The notes under the pieces are model-generated. The model ran no database searches. It worked only from the letters and a program-made list of their open reading frames with translations, and was not told where the DNA came from. From NCBI GenBank assembly GCA_043764315.1, contig JAYUKQ010000071.1, forward strand, positions 1 through 50,503: a DNA stretch of 50,503 nucleotides, read 5' to 3'. Position 1 is the stretch's first letter. Every line of letters starts with the position of its first letter. The position numbers and the translations under genes are program-made. Source of the DNA: a bacterium. Its GTDB lineage: Bacteria; Patescibacteriota; JACMRA01. This document shows, piece after piece, positions 28,537 to 39,586 of the stretch.

Positions 28537-28641
28537 ATTGTTATTAGATTCAATAAAAAAATACTGTAAATTCAGTACTTAGATTAAAAATTAGATTAGA
28601 GAAGGGATGAATTAATTCAAATTATTTTCAAAATGTAAATT

Positions 28642-28715
28642 TGGAGCGGGTACGGGGAATCGAACCCCGATCTCAACCATGGCAAGGTCGTATTCTACCA
28701 CTAAATTATACCCGC
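28642..28715 (-). tRNA. tRNA-Gly (anticodon GCC)
   Basis: Acceptor GCGGGTA/TACCCGC, anticodon loop TTGCCAT, T-loop GGTTCGATTCC and encoded CCA. Confidence 0.9.
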
Positions 28716-28864
28716 TTGTAAATCAATTGATTTTTAATCAACTTAATGAGTAAAACAACTATTTCAAAACTTGTCAAGCTAATAATGCCACCAATATAAC
28801 TGTTTTAGTTCAATACTCAAGTTCCAAAAGAACAAAATTAAAAACTTAAGTTAAAAAATTAAAA

Positions 28865-30412
28865 TTAGAACTTCCAATACCTAAATTTATTTTCTGATTT
28901 GATCTGTCTATACCTTGGATTCTGCCAAATACAAACAAAAGAGTTCAAAAGCAATCGAAAGACAACCTGATAAGCTAAGAGACCAAATAAGCAATAAAAT
29001 ATAATCTTATAAAATAACGATAATTGCCAATTAGAAATCAAAATAAAACTATGCTGTATCAATGTGTTAGCAACGTTTAAGGTAAACAAGGCAAACCAAC
29101 TTACAAGGCTAAAGAATAAATTAACTAAAGTGTAAATGCTATTACGACCAACAATGAAATTATAGAGTTGTGGTTTGGGTTGAAAAATAAAAAGTAAAAC
29201 AACAGGAGCAAAAACTAATAACCACAATTGCCAATACATAGATACCAAAAGAAAAATAGGAATAGAAAACCAGCACATGACACTAATTAATGACCATAAT
29301 CCTAACTTGGCTTGATTCCAAATTTTTATAAATATAGCTAAGAAAGTTATAAAAAATGCGAAGAAAGAAATTAAGAGAAAATTAAAATCCAAATAAGCAA
29401 TATTAGGTAACCACTGACTTAGCAGTTGGTTTAATGGCAATATAGACGTAGGATTAGAGAATTCTACTAGTTGAAAGTTCTTAAGAATTTGCCAAGCCCC
29501 GTGATTAGGAATTGGCTGACTGTTGATTTGTCCTAGAATTAAACCAAAGATTACACTTGCCAAGCCGGAATATAATAATTGACTTCTAGCAACCAACCAT
29601 ACTAATTTTGGTTTTGGCAAAAAATTAATAATCAAAGCGAATATAACTATGACAACTCCTGCCAATATATCACTAAAAATATAACCAACTAAAACTGACC
29701 ACAAAATACCAAACAAATTCAATCCAATTATCGATTTAACTTCAGGAATATAGTATTCTTGCAACAAAACTTTCAAACTAGATTTGGAATTATCCCAAGT
29801 TACAATTGGCTGTAACCAGCTATGAACCTGCCAATTAATTTGCATTTCTTGGAGTATTGACTCGAATAATAAAAGTTGATTGGATGAGACTGATATTAAG
29901 GCAAATATATTTTTGGAATTTGGTTTTAGAACAAAAAAATTAGATTGCAATTGCAAGACTTTTTGCTTGATTTGAAACTGGGTGTATAGAGCTTTTATTT
30001 CTCGCAGAATATTCAATTTACCTTTTTGCAAAATCCCCTTATACTCCAATTGTTTGTTTGTAAACTTGCTGGATTTGTTTAATTTGAATGCAATTTCGAT
30101 TAATTCTTCAGGTGAATAATGACTTAAAGCTTGTTGTAATTTGCCACTTTCTTGACTTTGTTGCCAACTAAATTGATTGTCGAATCTATGAATTATCTTT
30201 GATAATACTTCTGTAATGTGAGTCAGATTTGGTTTGGTTTCATCATTATCAGGCTGAAAAGAAATTACGCTTTGCCATTTTCCACCGAGTAATTTGGGAT
30301 TCAAAAACTCAAAGTCAACACCTAATTCTATACTCCGACTTAAAAAAGAAGTAATAAAATACTGATCTGGGTCAGTTAAGTGAATTAAAATTGCTGGGTT
30401 ACGACTAATCAT
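28865..30412 (-). CDS. hypothetical polytopic membrane protein with about 220-aa cytoplasmic N-domain
   Basis: 515 aa. Soluble coiled-coil-containing N-terminal region followed by about 8 hydrophobic helices. No confident family. Confidence 0.6.
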   Translation of the reverse strand: MISRNPAILIHLTDPDQYFITSFLSRSIELGVDFEFLNPKLLGGKWQSVISFQPDNDETKPNLTHITEVLSKIIHRFDNQFSWQQSQESGKLQQALSHYSPEELIEIAFKLNKSSKFTNKQLEYKGILQKGKLNILREIKALYTQFQIKQKVLQLQSNFFVLKPNSKNIFALISVSSNQLLLFESILQEMQINWQVHSWLQPIVTWDNSKSSLKVLLQEYYIPEVKSIIGLNLFGILWSVLVGYIFSDILAGVVIVIFALIINFLPKPKLVWLVARSQLLYSGLASVIFGLILGQINSQPIPNHGAWQILKNFQLVEFSNPTSILPLNQLLSQWLPNIAYLDFNFLLISFFAFFITFLAIFIKIWNQAKLGLWSLISVMCWFSIPIFLLVSMYWQLWLLVFAPVVLLFIFQPKPQLYNFIVGRNSIYTLVNLFFSLVSWFALFTLNVANTLIQHSFILISNWQLSLFYKIIFYCLFGLLAYQVVFRLLLNSFVCIWQNPRYRQIKSENKFRYWKF

Positions 30413-30650
30413 TATGTAAAATCGATTTAATTTCTTGTTGAGTAAGGTTAACTTCTAAATTTGGATCAAAAGGTAAAAAAAGTTGAGATTTTTCTTGTAA
30501 TTGTAATGTTTCTTTAAGACTCTCCTCCAAAAGTAATTTGTCTTTTTCATAATTATCAACTTCATTTTGTATCTTAGATTGAATTAATTGTATTTCAGCT
30601 TCCAAATTCTTAATCTGTTCTTGCAATTGTTGGATTGAAAATTGTAACAT
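30405..30650 (-). CDS. hypothetical coiled-coil protein
   Basis: 81 aa with heptad-like Q/E/L composition. It overlaps the downstream membrane-protein gene by 8 nt, suggesting co-translation. Confidence 0.45.
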   Translation of the reverse strand: MLQFSIQQLQEQIKNLEAEIQLIQSKIQNEVDNYEKDKLLLEESLKETLQLQEKSQLFLPFDPNLEVNLTQQEIKSILHND

Positions 30651-30981
30651 AAGAAAATAATTTTGATTTAAAATATCTACTTTAACATGAAATTAACTAA
30701 AACATTTTTGCTATAGGCTTCACAATATATAGAAAACTGTAGTATTAAAACTTATTTTGGAATTAAAAATCAATCTTTTTGTAGTAAAGTAATTTTCATT
30801 TTTTATAAAACAACTTTTCAATAAGTAATAAAATATTATTTCAAAACTTTTTTAGAGTGAAAGTTAATCAAAGTTAGTGCAGTTGTGTATACAGAAAATG
30901 TAATTTGGAAACAGTATCCACCAACCACGTTCTAAAAAATAATTTTAGTATTGTAAGAATTATAAAATCTTTGAACTGATT

Positions 30982-31329
30982 CTAAAACCTCATTGGGTTT
31001 TTTAAATTTGGTTTACCTGTTCCAATATTCCAATTCGATCTGTAAAATTCAGAATTACCTCCTATATATTCACCTTTCATAAAAATTTGCGGTTTAGTAG
31101 GAAAATCTTGATCTCCATCTGGCTGCCAACCAAATTGCGTACAAAGATTGTGAAGTTGTTGATTGCTAAAATCGTAATTCACGCTATAAATAGAATATTC
31201 TGAAATGACTTTGGAATCAACCAATTGGTCAAAAAGTCTATATGAAGCACTGCAAAAAGGACAATTAGGCTTTACCAAAATAACGTATTGAGTGCTAATA
31301 ATGTGTTTTAATTCTTGATCTGTAACCAT
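30982..31329 (-). CDS. glutaredoxin-like protein
   Basis: KPNCPFCSAS (CPxC) active site and PQIFMKGEYIGGNSEF, typical of the glutaredoxin fold. Confidence 0.75.
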   Translation of the reverse strand: MVTDQELKHIISTQYVILVKPNCPFCSASYRLFDQLVDSKVISEYSIYSVNYDFSNQQLHNLCTQFGWQPDGDQDFPTKPQIFMKGEYIGGNSEFYRSNWNIGTGKPNLKNPMRF

Positions 31330-31442
31330 AATATTAATTTAGTTTAGGTAATAAAAAAGATAATAAAAGTTTGTTAAAGTTATTATTTTGAATTTAGTCA
31401 ATTGTATATGAATTGTAAGTTTTGAGATGAATACCAAATTTA

Positions 31443-32519
31443 CTAAGAATCTAGTACATCTTGGAGTTGTTTTAATTTGGCTGGACTCAAACTAGGCATT
31501 CTAACTTTTAGAGTAATGAATTGATCACCTTTAATTTTGGGATTTCCAAGTTTTGGCATACCTTTCTCTTTAACTCTTAATTTGGCATCTGGAGTTGTGG
31601 ATGCGGGAATTGTAACTTCTATCTCACCATAAACAGTCTGTACATCAGCTTTTTTACCAAGTAATAAATCCAAGTAATCAATCTCCAAAACAGAATTAAT
31701 ATCTAATCCGTCACGAGTCAAATGTTTGTGCTTTTTGAGTTCTATGGAAAGAAACAAATCTCCCGCTTCTGAACCTTGATAACCTGCTTGACCTTTGGCT
31801 TTGACTCTAATTCTCTGACCCACATCGATTCCAGCTGGAATATCAACTTCAATCGTTTCCACTTCTTGGGTAAAACCAGCACCTTTACAATTGGTACATT
31901 TGGTCTCAAAAATCTTACCTCTTCCAGAACAATTAGTACATTCCATTTCTTGTTGCATCACACCAAAAATTGTATTGAATCTTTGATAAACTTTACCCTT
32001 ACCGTTGCAAACTGGACAATCTTTAGTCTTAGACTTTGGTTCAAAACCCAAACCTTTGCAGTGTTTGCAGATTGTGTTGTGTTTTAGGTCAAACTTTTTG
32101 GCAACTCCAAGTGCAATTTCCTCCAAAGTTAATTCAATGCTCATTTCTATATCAATTCCCTTAGATCGGCTACGACTAGATGGTTGTTGACGATTACCTG
32201 CAAAACCACCGCCAAAAAAACCATTCATAATATCGTCTAGATTAATATCCATTCCACCAAAATCAAAATCTCCAAAACCTTGAGGGCCTCCACTTGAATT
32301 GTTCTGACCAGCATCACCAAATCTATCATAATTAGATCTTTTTTGTGGATCAGAAAGTGTTTCGTAGGCATTGTTAATTTCTTTGAATTTGGACTCAAAT
32401 TCTTTATTGCCGTGATTTTTGTCAGGATGATATTGGTGTGCTAATTTGCGATAAGCTTTTTTGATTTCATCTGGAGTTGCTGAATTTGTAACTCCTAAAA
32501 CGTCGTAATATTTGGACAC
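31443..32519 (-). CDS. dnaJ: molecular chaperone DnaJ
   Basis: J-domain (YYDVLGV, HPDKN), G/F-rich linker and four CxxCxGxG zinc-finger repeats. GTG start. Confidence 0.95.
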   Translation of the reverse strand: MSKYYDVLGVTNSATPDEIKKAYRKLAHQYHPDKNHGNKEFESKFKEINNAYETLSDPQKRSNYDRFGDAGQNNSSGGPQGFGDFDFGGMDINLDDIMNGFFGGGFAGNRQQPSSRSRSKGIDIEMSIELTLEEIALGVAKKFDLKHNTICKHCKGLGFEPKSKTKDCPVCNGKGKVYQRFNTIFGVMQQEMECTNCSGRGKIFETKCTNCKGAGFTQEVETIEVDIPAGIDVGQRIRVKAKGQAGYQGSEAGDLFLSIELKKHKHLTRDGLDINSVLEIDYLDLLLGKKADVQTVYGEIEVTIPASTTPDAKLRVKEKGMPKLGNPKIKGDQFITLKVRMPSLSPAKLKQLQDVLDS

Positions 32520-32953
32520 AGATTGAATTATATTGAGGTTATAATAAATGGAATATTTAGAGAATATACGGAATAATAAGAAAATAATTTTTGTGATAAA
32601 TAATTATCTTTATTCTGATAAAAAGTAAACATAAACTAGTATTCAAGGCTAATTTAGGTTAGCAATCTTGTCAATCTTTTGCCAAAAGTAGAGCTGGTTA
32701 TGTTCATTTGAGTATTTATCAAAATTGTCATCTTGTATTTATTTATATGTAATTCAAACGTATACTTTACATTTTGAGTATAGAGTATTGTTGATAATAT
32801 TGTTTAAAAAGTTGGTTCATTCTAAATCGTATTTCTTCTATCTCAAAATATAGACAATACTTTGGGAATTAAACCCTATAGTATACAAAATTGAGTAAAA
32901 TATAAATTTGTTAAAGATGGTTTTTTTTTATTAAAAAAGATTTATCTATTCTT

Positions 32954-33973
32954 TTATCCATTTTGAAGAATATCCCTAATTGCAGCAGCAGTCTCAAAGT
33001 CTAAGCTATCAATAGCTAATTGTAACTTAGATTGCAATTCAGATTTGGATAAATTTAATTCAACTAGCTCTGATTCCTTGAGTTGTTTGAGCTGGTCAAA
33101 ATTGTCATATGTTTGCTGACCCCTTTGAGTTACTTGAGTCTCATTACTTCTACCAGAGCGATTAAGTTGTTTGCTGCCTCGACCATTTTTGAATCTATTT
33201 TCAACTGTAATTGAGGCAAAAGGATCGTTGTCTGATTTGTCTAGTTCCTTAAAGCCATCGTGAGTCAACACAGCTCCAGCTTTGCCGTAATTCTCGTCGT
33301 TTTGAATATCAGCTCTGACGTCATCGGCAATTGTTTGAATCCCACGAGTCGTACTTGTAGGTGTTATTCCATGAGTCAAATTATAAGCAGCTTGTATTTC
33401 TCTACGCCTATTGGTCTCATCAATTGCTTCTCTCATAGAATCCGTGATTTTGTCAGCATACATAATAACTTGACCTTGATGGTGACGAGCAGCTCGACCT
33501 ATAGTTTGGACTAGTGCCGATCTCGATCTCAAAAAACCTTCTTTATCAGCGTCAAAAATAGCCACAAGTGAAACTTCAGGAAGATCCAAACCTTCTCTCA
33601 AGAGATTGATTCCAATCAAAATATCGTATTTTCCACGACGCAAATCAGCAAGAATATCTAATCTATCAAGTGTTTCTACATCAGAGTGAATATAAGCCGA
33701 CTTGAGGTTTAACTGTTTGAAATACAAATCTAATTCTTCAGCAAATTTTTTGGTTAAAGTTGTGATTAGTACACGTTGATTCAAAAGAGTTCTTTGCCTA
33801 ACTTCTTCCAGAATATCTTCAACTTGGTTATCCACTGGTTTGAGTAATATTTCAGGATCAAGTAATCCAGTTGGTCTAATTATAGCTTCTACAATAAGAA
33901 TCTCTCGATCTTGAGGCTTGCCAAAATTAGCTTGAGATTTGGTTAACTTTTTGGGTTTTTTGGTGACAGGCAT
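32954..33973 (-). CDS. uvrB: excinuclease ABC subunit B, C-terminal half only (N-terminally truncated)
   Basis: Homology begins at [12 protein letters not shown] and runs through helicase domain 3 ([43 protein letters not shown]) to the C-terminal UVR motif (FETAAAIRD). The first roughly 400 residues of UvrB, including Walker A, are absent. Confidence 0.85.
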   Translation of the reverse strand: MPVTKKPKKLTKSQANFGKPQDREILIVEAIIRPTGLLDPEILLKPVDNQVEDILEEVRQRTLLNQRVLITTLTKKFAEELDLYFKQLNLKSAYIHSDVETLDRLDILADLRRGKYDILIGINLLREGLDLPEVSLVAIFDADKEGFLRSRSALVQTIGRAARHHQGQVIMYADKITDSMREAIDETNRRREIQAAYNLTHGITPTSTTRGIQTIADDVRADIQNDENYGKAGAVLTHDGFKELDKSDNDPFASITVENRFKNGRGSKQLNRSGRSNETQVTQRGQQTYDNFDQLKQLKESELVELNLSKSELQSKLQLAIDSLDFETAAAIRDILQNG

Positions 33974-34096
33974 TATGCTTTTTAGTGTTGATCACAAAGA
34001 TTCTTTTGGTCAAATATTAGTTCAATGCTAATTATAATTTAAAGAGAATCGAATAATCTTAAGATTATGAAAGTAAAAAACCTCATAATTGGGTTG

Positions 34097-34531
34097 TTAT
34101 AAAGATTTAGCTGATTGCCTAAGATTAAACAGTTCAGTTTCACTGAGGTTTGGAATTTGCCTTTTGACTAGATATAAACCATTTACTTCATCAACTAATT
34201 CAAAATTATAATCTTTAATCAGCAAGTTAGCAAAACCTTTATTGGTAAATGAAACTATAACCTTAGATTTACAATCTTCTTCAATTTGTTTCCAATCTTG
34301 AGCGAATCTTCTCTTGTTAATATCTTTTTGTTCTTGGGAGAGTTGCCTTCCGTCGTATATACGGTGTTGATCTAATCTAGCCGGTTCAAAATGCAATTCT
34401 ACAAAATATCGTAGTTCAATTCCACCACCTTTAACCCAACTATAATTTCTTAAATCAATAAAATTAATCCAACTACCATTATCATAAAATTTGTCTTCAG
34501 TTTGTTCACATATTTCGAATTTTTTACTCAT
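34097..34531 (-). CDS. hypothetical protein
   Basis: 144-aa ORF with no recognisable motif. Confidence 0.5.
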   Translation of the reverse strand: MSKKFEICEQTEDKFYDNGSWINFIDLRNYSWVKGGGIELRYFVELHFEPARLDQHRIYDGRQLSQEQKDINKRRFAQDWKQIEEDCKSKVIVSFTNKGFANLLIKDYNFELVDEVNGLYLVKRQIPNLSETELFNLRQSAKSL

Positions 34532-34561
34532 ATATAGTTATCATGGTTTATTTGAATTATA

Positions 34562-36103
34562 TTACCTACTAGCACTACAGTTGAATTGAGGGAGAGTGTT
34601 ATCACCGTTAGTATCTGGCATAAAACCACCAACTTCATATTCTTGGTTGGGTTGAATTACCCTATTCCACTCTGCTACTGGTAACAATCTAACAGTCTTA
34701 CCAATATTTTGGACTTGAAAATTCCAAGCATTAGAAAGTTTTTGATTCGGATTAAAACTAAAGTCTGTATTCCAATTCGTAATTGGATCGTTAGATTTAT
34801 TTTTGACGATAAGTTTGGCTGTGTAACCTAGTGTCCAAACAGATTCACGTTTTAAGGTAAATTCTACTGAATTATGGTTACATACAGAATTGGAATCACT
34901 TAGGCTAGCGCTTTTTGAGAATCCTCCACTATTAATAACAATTTTGGATTGAGATGAAATAGTATTGGAAGATGATTTGGGGATATTTTTGGAAGATACA
35001 GTTTCGGAAGAAGAACTAGATGTTACTGAACTAGAATTACGAGAGGAAACTTGAGAGGGAGATTTACTTGAGAGAGAACTACTTGAGGAAGAACTACTTG
35101 AGGAAGACTTTGGGGTAAATGAAGAAGGTTTGGTGTAATTATCTGGAACCGGATTGTCCGAATAATAGTCTACTGCCCGAGTGAGGGATTCGATGTCTGT
35201 AGGTGGTTGAATAACTGCAACAACTCCGTCATTCCAACGATCTTGCACTAGATTCTTTTTTTGCCAGTCATAATTATAATTGAGATAATCACCTCCAGCA
35301 CCGTGAGAATCGTTAAGAATTAGTTTTTTACCTGTCATTTGACTTATTGCTGAATAAGTTTTGCCGTCTATACCAGCATACACTGAACCATCTCCAGTTG
35401 GTGAGAATCTTTTGCCTACAAGTCCAGCGTAATCAAAATTTCTCATTCCAGCCGACCAATTTTTTAGATCGTCATTCCACGGTGAAACATCAAGAACCAA
35501 AGAGGCATTAGGCAAAATTTGACGAATTGTATCTGTCCAAGAATTCATCGCTCTGCTAGCTTCATCAAAGCTAATTCCACCTTTGTATTGGGAATCATAA
35601 CTGTATTGATAAAAATCTGGTTCAATATGAAGTACAATTGGTTTGTTGGTTCCAAAAGTATTTTTTATTCCAAGGGCATATTGTCTATATTGCTGGGCAA
35701 CTTTTTGGTAATTAGATCTAAGATAGTTAGCACCATTGCGACATAATGTTTTGTCTGGGCTAGCTCCAACATTACAATCTTGCAAACCCCAATCTTGTCT
35801 TGCTGATCCAGCTGCGATGTACATATTTACGTAAGGAACTTTGTAGGAGTTTTGAGATTCGTTGAATTTTTCCAAAAAATCGTAGACTACCTCTTGATTA
35901 CCTGGCATCAACCAAGGACCAGAAACTAGGGGAATATTGTTGTTGATATCATGTTGTTCAACGGATACACCAAATGTAAATTTATTAAAGATAGCTGCTT
36001 TGGATGCACTCGGTGTAAGGGACGAATACAGAAAGAATGACGATAATGAAATTGACACTAAAACTAAAAAAGCTAATGTGGTAAGAAGTATATTTTTTTT
36101 CAT
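34562..36103 (-). CDS. secreted putative glycoside hydrolase with Ser-rich linker and C-terminal CBM2 carbohydrate-binding module
   Basis: Signal peptide. The catalytic-type domain has LQDCNVGAS and VLHIEPDF, weakly reminiscent of the GH6 signatures. This is followed by a poly-Ser linker. The C-terminal Cys-to-Cys module (C..VW.LGYTAKL.V.N.S...I.NW...F.F......NAWN......WN..I.P...VGGF...C) fits CBM2. Confidence 0.6.
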   Translation of the reverse strand: MKKNILLTTLAFLVLVSISLSSFFLYSSLTPSASKAAIFNKFTFGVSVEQHDINNNIPLVSGPWLMPGNQEVVYDFLEKFNESQNSYKVPYVNMYIAAGSARQDWGLQDCNVGASPDKTLCRNGANYLRSNYQKVAQQYRQYALGIKNTFGTNKPIVLHIEPDFYQYSYDSQYKGGISFDEASRAMNSWTDTIRQILPNASLVLDVSPWNDDLKNWSAGMRNFDYAGLVGKRFSPTGDGSVYAGIDGKTYSAISQMTGKKLILNDSHGAGGDYLNYNYDWQKKNLVQDRWNDGVVAVIQPPTDIESLTRAVDYYSDNPVPDNYTKPSSFTPKSSSSSSSSSSSLSSKSPSQVSSRNSSSVTSSSSSETVSSKNIPKSSSNTISSQSKIVINSGGFSKSASLSDSNSVCNHNSVEFTLKRESVWTLGYTAKLIVKNKSNDPITNWNTDFSFNPNQKLSNAWNFQVQNIGKTVRLLPVAEWNRVIQPNQEYEVGGFMPDTNGDNTLPQFNCSASR

Positions 36104-36247
36104 AAATCAGTTTTTATTTGTAAAAAAATGAATATTGCTACTATATATTGGCTTAAAAAAAAGGATTAGTCAATATATGCTCCAAATCAATTTTTAATTG
36201 ACAAGATATGTCGAGTTTTTAAACATTGTATAGTTAAAGTATGTTTT

Positions 36248-38230
36248 ATGCTCTGCAAAACCTTTTACCTATCATATTTTTTGGTTATAGCACTAAGTCT
36301 CAATCTGCAAGTTTCAGCTGAATCTAATTTGGAATCAGTAACTCCTTGGATTAGTCAAATAAACTATGCCACTAATAGCAAAACAGCCAATTGTCAGGAC
36401 TGCAATGGATATAACAAATGGGTAGAAATCTATAATCCAAGTTCAACAGCTTTGGATTTGACAGGGTATAAGACATCAACAGGACTTATAAACAATCAAT
36501 CAATCAAAGGTTTGATCATTCCCGCAGGTGGAGTTGGCTACCTAGATTCTAATCTAAACAAACAAAATAATCTTAATGTAGATAACAAAACCAAAGCAAC
36601 AGTGGGCGGAGTAGGTGCAGCAAATACAAAATACAAAATAGCTCTAATAGACCCAAATGGTAAAGTTGTCTCAAGTCGAGAGGGTCGAATTGATCAAAAC
36701 CTAGATAGTCTAGCTTCAGTGATTTTTTGTAGTAAAGAAGACTCTGGTCAACTTTCTCAAACTAACTATCAAACTCTTTCTAACGGAACCCAGCTTAAAG
36801 CCAGCTTAAATCAAACACCAACTCAAAAAAAAGAATGTAAGCAAGAAACAACTTTACCTAATCCAATCGTGATAGTTACAAAACCTACTCCGATTAATAA
36901 CATAAGAATCGACAATCAAGTTCAACTTAGAGTGGATAAAGAAGCTGTTAAAGAATTTGCTAACAAACCGATTCAAGAAATAGCCAACGTAAAAGTTATT
37001 GATACAAAACCTGCGTTGCAAACAGAAGTAAAACCAAATACGATTGATACAAAATTAGGATTACAAACTAATCCACAACCTCAATTAACCAATGAAATAG
37101 TTGTTAAAACAATAGCTACAACTAAACCAGAAAATATTTCGGACAAAAAACTAGAAACAAAACCAGATGTAGATTTGTTTGAACAAGTTAATTTGCAACC
37201 AGCGGAACCTGAAATTAAAAAAAGTGTAGAAGCTGAAGCTAGAAGTGAAATTAAACCAGTTCAAATATCACAGTCAAAAGATTCTGAAACTATCACTACA
37301 AAAACCAAAGAAGTAGAAACTGTAGAGTTATCTCAACCAGTAATTTTGACTAGTGCTCAAGTTAATCAACCAAAATTATCAGCAGAAGTTATTACTGAAA
37401 AAAATTCCAAAATAAGCGAATCAAAAACAACAGACCACACAGCAGCAGCAAAATCTCTAGCAGCTCAAGCTTTGACTCAACAAGTTAACGATACCAAAAT
37501 TAACACTAACAATTCTAACCAGCCAATCATAGAAACAAATATCCAAAAAACTGAAACCAAAAACTTACCACTGACTCAAACAGCAACTCAAAATCAAACC
37601 CAATCAATTCCAAACATAAAAATTGATCTGAATAATAATCTCAACAGTCAGATTGCAGAAATGCAAATTCCAAATATCCAAAAGATTCAACTAACAACTC
37701 AACCCAAAAAAGTAGAACTAAAAATAGAATCACAAAAGCAAGTCCAGTCTGAAATCAAGCCAGAAATCAAATCCGAACTAAAACCAGCCGAAGATTGGAT
37801 TCAGTTGTTGGAAGACTATATCAAACCAGTGGAAAAAGTAGAAATTCAAAAAACACCTCAAATAAACAAAATTTTGGAGATTAAAAAACTTACTCCAATT
37901 ACATCTACAAATAATCAACCAACTCCAAAAATAGAACTAAACAACAACATACCTCAAATTAACTCAATCAAAACAGAAACACTAGTCGAGCCAACTTTTG
38001 ATTATGCAAAAGAAATCGCGACTCTCAAAACTCCACAAAAAATAACCACAAATACTACAGTTGCATCTGAAGAAATACCAAAAGAACAAAGTAAATTCTT
38101 ACCAATTCAAACTAACCTAGGAATATTAAGTCTATTAACTATTTTGGCTTATCTTATGAATCAATTTCAACGTTTTAGGTTAGGTACAGTGGTTAATTTA
38201 TCCAAATCAATGACAACCTCAAAAAAATGA
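36248..38230 (+). CDS. surface protein with N-terminal lamin-tail domain (LTD), long repetitive low-complexity region and C-terminal TM anchor
   Basis: Signal peptide. WISQINYA...WVEIYNPSSTALDLTGYK fits the LTD pattern. It is followed by about 450 aa of K/Q/T/P/E-rich repeats (IDTKPALQT / IDTKLGLQT) and a C-terminal hydrophobic helix. Confidence 0.65.
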   Translation: MLCKTFYLSYFLVIALSLNLQVSAESNLESVTPWISQINYATNSKTANCQDCNGYNKWVEIYNPSSTALDLTGYKTSTGLINNQSIKGLIIPAGGVGYLDSNLNKQNNLNVDNKTKATVGGVGAANTKYKIALIDPNGKVVSSREGRIDQNLDSLASVIFCSKEDSGQLSQTNYQTLSNGTQLKASLNQTPTQKKECKQETTLPNPIVIVTKPTPINNIRIDNQVQLRVDKEAVKEFANKPIQEIANVKVIDTKPALQTEVKPNTIDTKLGLQTNPQPQLTNEIVVKTIATTKPENISDKKLETKPDVDLFEQVNLQPAEPEIKKSVEAEARSEIKPVQISQSKDSETITTKTKEVETVELSQPVILTSAQVNQPKLSAEVITEKNSKISESKTTDHTAAAKSLAAQALTQQVNDTKINTNNSNQPIIETNIQKTETKNLPLTQTATQNQTQSIPNIKIDLNNNLNSQIAEMQIPNIQKIQLTTQPKKVELKIESQKQVQSEIKPEIKSELKPAEDWIQLLEDYIKPVEKVEIQKTPQINKILEIKKLTPITSTNNQPTPKIELNNNIPQINSIKTETLVEPTFDYAKEIATLKTPQKITTNTTVASEEIPKEQSKFLPIQTNLGILSLLTILAYLMNQFQRFRLGTVVNLSKSMTTSKK

Positions 38231-38260
38231 TAATTGAAGTTAAACCAGGTTAAAGTTTTA

Positions 38261-39520
38261 TTATCTAAGTTTTTTAATGGCTAATTGGAGTTTGTCTACA
38301 AAAAAATCAATATCTTCTCTTGTATTATAAGGAGCTAGCGAAACCCTCCAAGTCGAAAAAATATCCAAATGCTGGTGAAGTAAACCTGTACAATGTTGTC
38401 CGCTGCGAATAGCAATTCCATCAAAATCTAATTCCATACACAGATCCAAACTGTTAACATTATCTACATAACAAGTAAAAAGTGGAATTCTATCATTAAG
38501 ATCAAAATTAAGATCAGACGTTCCAAGGATTGTAAGATCAGCTACACCCAAAAGCTTGAAATACAAATATTGTTTTAGATCGGATTCTATCTTTTGAATT
38601 TGAAGTATATTGGCAGTAAACCAATTCAATGCACAATCCAGACCAACTATAGAAGCAAAATTAGACGTTCCAGCCTCGAACCTCCACGGAGTTGGCTTAT
38701 AACTATTACTTTCTAGTTCCACCTGATTAACCATTTCTCCGCCAACCTGATCATTGTTAAGCTGACCAAACAAATCATACTTACCGTACAAAACCCCTAC
38801 ACCAGTTGGAGCGTATATCTTGTGACCAGAAAAACAATAAAAATCAACATTTAACTCTTTTGTATCCACTTCGAGGTGAGAAATAGCTTGAGTTCCATCC
38901 ACTATTACCATTGATTGATAGTTGTGGCACATTTGAGCAATCACATTAATTGGATTAACCATGCCCAAAACATTAGAAACATGATTAATACAAACCAAAT
39001 TAACTTCAGCAATATTTTTCTTTAATTTAAGCTCAAGATCTTCCAAATCAACTCGACCACTTTGGTTAATTCCTACATATTCCAACTTACAACCAATCAA
39101 AGTTGCCAATCTCTGCCAAGGTAGAATATTAGAATGGTGTTCTGCCACAGAAATAATAATTTTACTATCTACAGTCAACCTCAAACTCGAATTAGTATCC
39201 AAAAAATTAAATAAAAAAGAATTAGCCAAAAGATTCAAAGAATTGGTTGATCCAGCTGTAAAAACAATTTCGTCATTCCTGCAACCCAAAAAATCAGCCA
39301 CAGTCTGGCGAGCCTTTTCTATATCCAAAGAACATTGGTTAGCCAAAAAGTGAACACCGTGATTGGAAGCATTTTTTTGGGAATAAAAATTAGTTTGTGA
39401 ATCTATAACCACTTGAGGTTTTTGAGTTGTAGCAGCAGAATCAAGATATACCAAAGGCTTTGCATTAATCTCTCGGTCAAAAATAGGAAATTGCTGGCGA
39501 AGGTTACTGTAAAGGTTCAT
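38261..39520 (-). CDS. sufS: cysteine desulfurase (SufS/Csd class II aminotransferase)
   Basis: FPIFD...VYLDSAATTQKP, SGHKIYAPTGVGVLYG (PLP-Lys) and RSGQHC (catalytic Cys) motifs. ATG 39520 is preferred over TTG 39529. Confidence 0.9.
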   Translation of the reverse strand: MNLYSNLRQQFPIFDREINAKPLVYLDSAATTQKPQVVIDSQTNFYSQKNASNHGVHFLANQCSLDIEKARQTVADFLGCRNDEIVFTAGSTNSLNLLANSFLFNFLDTNSSLRLTVDSKIIISVAEHHSNILPWQRLATLIGCKLEYVGINQSGRVDLEDLELKLKKNIAEVNLVCINHVSNVLGMVNPINVIAQMCHNYQSMVIVDGTQAISHLEVDTKELNVDFYCFSGHKIYAPTGVGVLYGKYDLFGQLNNDQVGGEMVNQVELESNSYKPTPWRFEAGTSNFASIVGLDCALNWFTANILQIQKIESDLKQYLYFKLLGVADLTILGTSDLNFDLNDRIPLFTCYVDNVNSLDLCMELDFDGIAIRSGQHCTGLLHQHLDIFSTWRVSLAPYNTREDIDFFVDKLQLAIKKLR

Positions 39521-39586
39521 ATCAACCAATCTTGAAGGATAAATTTTGTTTTGACAAAGGCTATATTTTGTTTAAGACTTACTATT

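Noticed and set aside
28865-30650. Idea that the 515-aa membrane protein plus the upstream 81-aa coiled-coil protein are remnants of a V/A-type ATPase (subunit I and a stalk subunit)
   Set aside because: The resemblance is only in overall topology (soluble N-domain with coiled coil plus about 8 TM helices). I could not find the conserved essential Arg-containing helix or the DPT motif, and no other V-ATPase subunits are nearby.
32650-32690. CIRCE-like heat-shock operator upstream of dnaJ (TTAGCAATC-N9-TTTTGCCAA)
   Set aside because: The right arm matches only about 6 of 9 positions of the inverted-repeat consensus TTAGCACTC-N9-GAGTGCTAA, which is too degenerate to call in AT-rich DNA.
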